Assembly (NCBI GenBank): GCA_964035545.1
Contig: OZ037769.1
Location: forward strand, 13,422,633-13,486,632
Direction: 5' to 3'
Origin: Bugula neritina
Taxonomy: Eukaryota > Animalia > Bryozoa
DNA length: 64,000 bases
Below the pieces are notes generated by a model that had not been told where the DNA came from, made no database searches, and saw only the letters and a program-made list of their open reading frames with translations. Positions 13,501 to 22,500 of the stretch are shown piece after piece. The position numbers and the translations under genes were made by a program. Positions within the stretch are counted from its first letter, which is position 1. Every line of letters begins with the position of its first letter.

Positions 13501-16500
13501 GTGAACCCAGTCATAATTGCTCCTTTGACACAACCGACAACAAACCTGCCTAAAAACTCTTTCTATAAAGAGTTCACATTGAGTTAGTGACTATATAAAC
13601 CCACAGGAGGTCTTTATAAGCTGACCAGCTAAATAAAGCAGCTTGATTGGAAGTGGTAAAGATGAGTTACCTTCCTTAGCTGTGATGGAAGTCAGCTTTG
13701 TTGTCTGACTGTTATTTGATGAGTTAGTAGAAGGACTTGTAGGTGTAGTTGTTGTAGGTGTGGTAGCAACAGTAGATGCTGTAATCATATAGGGGTAGAT
13801 GTAAATGTGGGAGTAGTAAATAAATTTCGCCATGAAATATGTAAACTGAATATATTTATGATATTTTTTATATCTGAAATATGTGTGAAGGCTTAACAAA
13901 AACATAATACTTGCATTGGAAGTGCCATTTTATCAACTATGGAGTTAGGACACATCTATCAGATACTATAAGTGAAATTATACTTCATAGCAATAAGGTG
14001 CATCTTTTTTGCTTATTTAGCAGTACACAAACTATTAGTTGTGTTTAAATACTGCATGGTAAACTAATAGGCTTTAAAGTTACATTTTAATGTTATATTA
14101 AAAGCTAAATTCATCTGAATAATCCCAATAAATGACAGTCTTTGATTAGCAGTAAACCTTCAACATTACTAACCTGCATACTTAAATAAAAACCCTTTAC
14201 GTTGTTGACTATCATCAGAATAAAACTGTATAGTTATACTAAAACTTATACTGGATGCATTGAACGACCTCCATGTCTGTAGGTAACTGCTTGCATTTTG
14301 GTGTTGGCAGATTTTAGAAGAAGCAGCTCCTGTTATTATGACATAATCATAACATCGCTCATGTTCTTCCAGATTCAGATCGACAAAGTAAATGTCTACT
14401 GTCACAATGTTGGTGAATGTTAGTGTAGAGTTACTTCGTGGTCTGTAATCAAGTGGACCATAGCCTGGGTGACTAACTACATAGCCTGAGGGCTTACGCC
14501 TGGCATCTACTTCTATCGATTGTGACGAACCTCCCATATGTATTACACTGGCCACTAAAGAAACATATTTTTGCATAAATTTTGAGAAGGTGAAAAATTG
14601 CATTGTGCCCATAAATACCAACTCCTATTCCAACCGTTGAAAATAAAACTTTATGCAAGACAATTTTAGGCCAAGCATATTGCAATTTAATCAAAATTAA
14701 AACTCTTAGTTCATTGAGTTTACTGTCTTTCTCAAACCACATTTCCTGTTTGTGCAAAAAGTATATTGAGAATAGTGAATCTGATTGGCTTAGATTATTT
14801 CAGCCGCTAGAATAATCTCTAATAAAATATTTGACAGTATTTGGCTAGCAGTAAACCTTTAATGCTACTAACCTGCATACTTAAATAAAAACCCTTTACG
14901 TTGGCCACTATCATCAGAATAAAACTGTATAGATATACTAAAACTACTAGATGCATTGAACGACCTCCACGTCTGTAGGTAACTGCTTGCGTTCTGGTGT
15001 TGGCAGATTTTAGAAGAAGCAGCTCCTGTTATTATGACATAATCATAACATCGCTCATGTTCTTCCAGATTCAGATCGACAAAGTAAATGTCTACTGTCT
15101 CAACATTGGTGAATGTTAGTGTAGAGTTACTTTGTGTTCTGTAATCAAGTGGACCATAGCCTGGGTGACTAACCACATAGCCTGAGGGCTTACTTCTGGC
15201 ATCTACTTCTATCGATTGTGACGAACCTCCAATATGTATTACACTGGCCACTAAAGAAACATATTTTTGCATTTTGAGAAGGTGAAAAAATTGCATTACA
15301 CCTATAAATATCAACTCTAATTCCGACCATTAAAAATAAAGCTTTATGCAGAAAAATGTTATGCCAAACATATTACAATTTAATTAAAATTAAAAGTCTT
15401 AGTTTATTGGGTTTTCTATTTGATAACTGTTTTCCTCAAAACCCCTTCCCTGCTTGTGTGAGAAATATATTTAGTTTAGTGAATCTGATTGGTTTAGATT
15501 ATTTCAGTTGTTAGAGAAAATATTAGGAAATATTTCCGCCATTTTGACTTTATAAGCTTTACTTTAAAATAATATATATTAGGACTAATTTATATTTAGT
15601 TAAATTTGCCAAAATGCTTTAACTCTAATTTTTTTTCTTTAAAGCAACAGTTTAGCTTTGCGCTTTAAAAATAACTGTATGGCATTGGCCAAAGTAGCAC
15701 AAGATTGAAATGTTTCATCAATTGTAATATAAAATGCAAAGTTCATTTTGACATATTTCTCATTTAAAATAGCCTAGCTAGTAGCCTATCCATAGTAGTG
15801 CTTTTTATTATTATTCCAAAATTGGCATAAAGCTACCCGACAGAAAGAAAGTGAGCCAATTCATCAATGAGCCCCATTAGGCTACGCCTATAGGGGAATC
15901 CGAAAGTGCCCTAAAAGATCACAGTACAAATATTTGGACCAAGTGGTTTTGGGCAATGCAATGCAACTTGGTCAAATTGAATTTCCGACAGAAAATTGTG
16001 AAGGTATAAACACAACTTTACGCTTTTTCTAGAAATAATTCTGCTCAAGTCTAGCATATGCCTTACTTAATAGTGTGATAGTTTTGTGGATTGTGAATGA
16101 AACTAGTGCTGTTACATGCTTGTATGAGAAACAAGACGAGAAATAAGGTAAATGTAGATAATCTTTATTGTAGTATAGTCCGAGTGAATCAATGGTCTTT
16201 ATCCAGCGAGCTCCAGTAGTAGACTGAACTATACTGGAACTCGCTGGCTTTTATATACATGCAGGACAAAGACATTCCTTTGTTTGCCGAGATCGGAGGC
16301 CCGAAATACCGAATATCGGTACCTCGGGAATCCGAAATGCCGAATCCGGCATTTCGGTACATCGGTATTCCGATATGCCGAGAATCGGCATATCGGTGTT
16401 TCGGAGGACCGAAGTACCGATCTCGGCAACAAAGGACACACACACACAACATAAATTTACCACACACACCCCCCATCGGAAAGCATGCTTTCCGATAAAG

Positions 16501-19500
16501 AGGCGTACACAACACAAACACACAACAGGGAATGACACGACAATAAAACGCACAGTTGGAAGTAACACACAAAAAAAAATATGGTAAACATGCAGTGATA
16601 GTAATAATACAATGATAACGCAAAAAAAATACAGGGAAGATTTGTGCACACACAAGAAAAACAGAGCATGAATAGGTACATGCATTACATGAAGAACTTA
16701 CACACATATAATAAACAAACAAAGAATAAGAGTAGGAAAGAAAAATACTATACGAATAGTCTCAGCGGCGGTCGCCAGAACGACCCCGCTCCAGGCGGCT
16801 AACTCGTCTCCGGAGTTGCCCCAGCTCCTCTTCACATCTGCGGAGCTGCCGGCGTAACTGGTGGACCTCCTCTGCCAACTGAGCTGACGTCTGGTGCCTA
16901 GGGCGGTCGGTAGTACCACGGGCAGGACGTCGCTGGCGGTGCGTCTGCTTCTCGCCCGCCGCCGAGGGTCGGGGGCCCAGGTCCGATGAATCGGCCCTGG
17001 CACCTGGTCCGACCCGTGCCAGCATGACCCGAAGTGGCTGGGTGGCTGCCGGTTGGGGTGTCGCGGCGGGCTCCCCTTCTTCCTCCCGAACAGGCCTACA
17101 CGCGGGGAATCCCAGGGCGAGAGCAGCCCGTTTGTGGGGATCCGCCACGTGTGGCAGCACCAGGTCCCGAAATTCGGGAAAGGAGGCCTGGTCTACAGCA
17201 AACGTGTAGCCCGTGTGGCAGTGAGCTATGCGTTGATGTCTCAACACATAGTCCCTCTGGTAGGAGAACTCCCCACACGGGCAAAACACGTTGATGTAGT
17301 GCTGTTGGGCGTGTACGCGCAACCGCCGTGCAGAGGAGAATTTCCTCTTACACTCATGGCAGATGCGGTTGCCCGGCTCACCGCAAGCATCACCAATTTT
17401 CAGGTTGGTGGGTCCAGTCACCCAATACTGGCGGGCGACCAGGGCCCGAGGCAGGGCCAGTATCGGGGAGGTATCTTCTTCTGCTGGCAGGTGGTCGCCG
17501 TGTAGGATGCCCTGCTCCTCCCCGGCCGTGAGCTGAAGCTCGACCGGTTTGGGGTCAGGGCCAACCATGGCGGAACACACCTCTGTGGAGGAGGTGGCGG
17601 CCTGCTGGCTGGTAGAAGCTGAAGCAAGGCCCGGTGGGAGAGGGGAGTCGGACCGACTGGCCTCCTCAACGTCCATTCGCTCCTCTAGAATTGATAGTAG
17701 AGGCTGTGAGAAGCCGGTCTCACTATCGCCGAAATTCGGCACAGGTGTGTATGGAGATAAGTTAAGAACCGAGGGCCGAGGTGTATCGCAGAAATTGACT
17801 GAGCCTACATCGTGATTCAACAATGTATCAATGGCAGAGTCATCTCCGAGATCCATCTCGGCCTCCGGTTCTAAGATATCAGAACCAAGTAAGTCTAGTA
17901 AAGACCAGTCTACTGTAGTTTGACTAGACTCCGCAACTGGAGGATCTAATCTAGAAGAAATACCTGATTGTGTATCTGGTAGAGTAATTCCCATAGCTGC
18001 TGATAGCGTACGGAGAACAGTGGTAAAATCAAAATGAGTATTAAAATCAGAATTTAGTTTGAGTTGCAACTGCCGTGCGAGCTGTGTGAAGTCAGAATGA
18101 GAAATGGCCGAACCTCGTGCTTCAGAAGTTTTACCTGCTGAAGCCCGAGTCGCGTGGCTCGTGGGAATTTCCCCCGGATTTCGAGAAGACAACTCGTGTG
18201 ATCGAGTGTCTCCCGAAATTCGGTCGGCCATTTCTTCTTCTTGGTGGAATTCTCCGGGGTGATGGAGGGAATTTCCAACCAAGATGAGGTGGCAGTCAGT
18301 GTGGGGGGGGGTCTTCCTCAGGAGGGGGCCCCTCCAGGTGTCCTACGGCATAGTCTGCCAGGTACCTGGGAGGTCTTCTTGGCCGCTGGCTCCTCTCAAG
18401 TGGAACAGACTCTGGTGGTGTTGGTGGCTCCTGGGCTGCCCTGGTAGGGGGGTCCCCGTCTTCACCCCGTACGGGGGTGGGGGTGTCCTCCCCCGGGAAG
18501 GGTTGTGAGCCAAGGGCTTGCTGCTGTTCCTGCTCCCGCTCCGCTCTCTGCTGTCGCTCCAGCTGCTCTATCAGGGCGGCTTGCTCCTGGTCTGCCTCCC
18601 TGGGAACCATAATCTCCACCTCACGGGGCCGGGTGGCCCGTCCACGATGGTTGGGCTGACGGTGGGGCTCCAAGAGGGGTGGAGCCTGACCCACCGCGTC
18701 TGGGCTGGCATGGTAAGGTTTGAGGCGCTGCTCGCTCTGGACAGAGACCTGTCCAGAGCGCTCCACACGGTATGTGTGGTTGGGCAGCACCTCTACTACG
18801 CAGTAGGGGCCGACGAACTTGGGCTGAAGCTTAGCCGACTGTCCGCGCCGCCTACGGTAACTCACCATCCAGACCCAGTCTCCCACTTGGTACAACGGGG
18901 GCTCCTCTGAGTCCTCTGTGCGGGTCTGCCACTGCTGGGTGCGCAGCGCATCATGAGCTTTGCCCATGATGTCCATCAGACCCTCCACATATTCGTGTAC
19001 CGGTGACTCGGGGGCAGGAACATGGTACGTCAGGTGTTCCGGGACCCGCGTCTCCCGGCCTAACATCAGGAAGTTTGGGGTCTCCTGCGTGGCGGAGTGT
19101 GGTGTGCTGCGGTAAGCCCGCATGATCTGCGGCAGCACCACGTCCCATTCTTCCTGACCTCGACCAAGCAGCAGGCTCCGGAGCGCGTCACCCAACATCC
19201 TGTTGTTCCGCTCGACGACTCCGTTCCCTTGCGGGTGATATGGGGTGGTCCGACTCTGGTTCACCCCCCATATCCGGCAGAGGTCTCCCATGAGCTGGGA
19301 CTGGAACTGGGCGCCCTAGTCTGTATGTATCTGCTCGGGCAAACCGAGGTAACAGAATACATGTTGGTCCAGGGTCCGGGCCACCGTGGGGGCGGTGGCG
19401 TCTGGGATAGCCAGAGCATCCGCCCACCGGGTAAAGTGATCCGTGAGCACCAGTATCCAGGTGTTTCCTCTGGCGGATAACGGCATAGGCCCGACGAATT

Positions 19501-22500
19501 CTTCCGCCACTACTTGCCACGGTCGACCAGCGTACAGCCGGCGTCGACCAGTGGTTTCCGTGGGGCGGCCATGCTTGCTAGCTTGGCAGACCTCGCATTG
19601 CCGTACCCGCAGTCGTACGTCCCGAGTCATTCCGGGCCAATACCAACGCAGCCGCAGACACCTGATGACCCGACTGACTCCAGCATGAGCCTGCTTATGG
19701 GTGTCCCAGATCAGTTCCCGCCGGAGGGCGCGTGGACAGACGACGCGATCCCTCTTCTGCTGGCGGTTGTCTGCTGCTAACGTTATCATCAGGAGGCCAT
19801 CAGGACTGACCTTGAGGGCATCCCAGCGACGACAGAGGAGTTGGAACTCAACGTCTCCCTGCCGCTGCTGTTCCTCGCTAGGTCGTCGGCCCTCCTTCTT
19901 GGCCCGGAAGATGTCCGCTACCGCGCCGGGTAGCGTCTCCTGGAGTCGGCACAGCTCCTTGACGTTCTGGTGCAGAGTAGGGTTGGCGTGGAGCGCCTGG
20001 ACACCGTCCTGGTGGGTTTCGGTCCGAAGATGGCCGTGCTCCCACCGGTAGGCGGTGCCCTCCACTAGCTCCGTTTCCACGTCAAGGCGAGCGGGTCCCC
20101 CGTCCCGCTGTTCAATGTGCAGGCATTGCTTACAGTCCTCTACCGGCCGGCGGCTCATGCCGTCGGCGTTCCCATGCTTCCAGCCTGCACGGTGCTCTAT
20201 ACGGTAAGAGAACTCGGCAAGAATCTCTAGCCAACGAGCCACCTGGCTCGAGGGCTCTGCACGTTTACACAGCCATATCAGTGACGCATGGTCTGTTCGC
20301 AAACGGAACGATTTCCCATACAGATATGGCCGAAAGTGCTTGACCGCCTTGACTACTGCTAGGAGTTCCTTCCTAGTGGTGCAGTAGTTCTTCTCGGCGG
20401 CCGCGAGAGTCTTGCTATAGTAAGCCACGACCACCTCACTTCCACCCTGGACTTGAGACAGGACGGCTCCCACGCTGTGGTCGCTGGCGTCGGTGTCCAG
20501 GATGTACTCCTTGGCTGGATCAGGATACGCCAGGATTGGCGCTTCCATTAGCCGTTGCTTGAGGTGGTCGAATGCCTGCTGCTCCTCCTGTGTCCACTGC
20601 CACCGGACTCCCTTTGCGGTCAGCCGATTTAACGGCTGAGCCACTCCTGCGAAACCAGGTATGTACTGCCGGTAGTACCCTACTAGGCCCAGGAATGCAC
20701 GCAACTCAGGGAGGTCGCGGGGGACAGTCCACTCCTTCACAGCTTGTACCTTCTCTGGATCGGTAGCGACCCCATCACGGCCAACCACATGGCCCAGGTA
20801 TGTGACTTCTGGCTGCAGGAGTGCGCACTTGGAGGGCTTCAGCTTCAGTCCGGCTGCCCGGAGACGGTCAAAGACCTCCCGCAGACGACTGACATGAGTC
20901 GAAAAGTCTGGGGAGATGACAATGACATCGTCCAGATAGATGAGGAGGGTCTTCCAGTGTAACCCACTGAGGACTTGCTCCATGAGCCGTTGGAATGTTG
21001 CCGGAGCGGACGTTAGTCTGAATGGCAGTACTTTCCACTTCCAGAGCCCGTCGCGAGTAATGAATGCTGCTTTGTCCTGGGCATCAGGACTGAGGGGCAC
21101 TTGCCAGTACCCGCTAAGCAGATCCAAAGTACTGAAGTACTTGCTACCCGCGAGGGCATCTAGAGACTCATCTATCCGTGGGAGAGGGTAGGCGTCCTGG
21201 ATGGTAGCGTTGTTGAGTCTGCGGTAGTCTACGCAGAATCTCCAGCTACCATCCTTCTTCTTGACCAGGACCACTGGGGAGCTCCACGCACCGTGGGCAG
21301 GCTCAATCAGATCCCGGTCCAGAAGATCCTGTACCTGTCGGCTCACCTCCTTCTCCTTCTCCGGGCCCAGACGTCGGGTAGGCTGCCTGATGGGAGTGGT
21401 GTCGGCTGCCAGGGGTATCTCGTGAGAGATAACCTTAGTCAGCCCCATGTCTCTATCGCCACGACTGAAGACATAACTGTACTCCGCTAGTAGTTGAGCC
21501 AGTACTTGGCGTTCAGTACTACTCGTACAGTTTCCGCATGCTCCGCCATACAGGTCAGCCAGATGCTCCGGGACTGCTTCTCGTCTGGTGTGAGGGGGGT
21601 TTCCCTGGTTGTCGGCCACTGTCTCCAGTGCCGGACCCACATCCGCTTCCTGGATGGAGTGGTACTTCCCCACCAGCGCTCCAGCCGATAGTTGGACAGG
21701 TTCCGTGAAGGGGTTGATGCACTGCACGAGGAGCTCTTGCCGACAATCTAGCCGATTCAGGCTGTTTGCTAGTCGGATGGCTCCGTGCGTTCCTTCAACC
21801 ATCCCCAGGCCGGCGATCCCCTTGCAGTTGACTCTGCATCGGAGAGTCGCCTGGGACCTCCCCGGAACTGTGCAGTCCCGCACTACCTGGACTCCGCCCA
21901 CCAAGGGCCTGCCAAACTTGTCAACACAGACAAGTTTCTTCCCAGCCATCACCACCACTGACTTCTGGAAATCCATGTGGCACTGGTGTTTCTCCAGGAA
22001 GGGCATTCCCAAGATGGCGTCCTCCTTCAGCTGGCTGACTATAAACGTCTCGTGAACTGCTTGATCACGGACGCGTCCAGGTAGTGAAATGACGCCGTAG
22101 AAAGGAATGCATGATCCGTCCGCCAACGTACCATGCGCACCTTCATACGGCTCGAGGCTCGCCCGCTCTCGTGCACCAAGGGTGTCAAAGAGACGCCTAC
22201 TCAGCAGGTTGGTAGTGCACCCAGTATCCAGTAGGAATGTGGCAGCTTTACCCGAAATCTTCCCGGGCAGGAAGTAGCTGCTTCCGTACGGCTGGGTGCT
22301 CCTGGAGCGGTCAGTCTCTGGGGGAGACACGACTTGGGTCCGCACAGCGGGCCTCCTCTTCGTCTTAGAGACAACGGGGGTTTTCTGAGGTCGGGAGGGT
22401 AGCTTGGGATACTCTTGCGAGTAAGCTGAATCCTCCTCCACAACCTCCTCGGGCAACCCCGCGAACCGGTTACGGAGTGGCCAGGCTGGAGGATCGGGTA

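Noticed and set aside
16277-16435. LTR repeat array as a CRISPR-like array
   Set aside because: Eukaryotic context, 4-bp motifs at an 8-bp period, no unique spacers and no cas genes.
16189-16722. Multiple overlapping ORFs across the E1 LTR and 3' UTR (and 23789-24160)
   Set aside because: By-products of stop-poor palindromic and TG-rich sequence; no domain signal and not conserved in E2/E3.
18082-18134. 53-nt GTAAAA..CTGAC..CAG candidate intron in E1 ORF3, same length as the E3 candidate
   Set aside because: Donor and acceptor phases do not preserve the ORF3 frame. It would need an extra homopolymer change and cannot be supported without RNA data.
16762-18282. ORF3 as an envelope gene
   Set aside because: No signal peptide, fusion-peptide arrangement or TM anchor; it has zinc fingers and a basic coiled coil instead.
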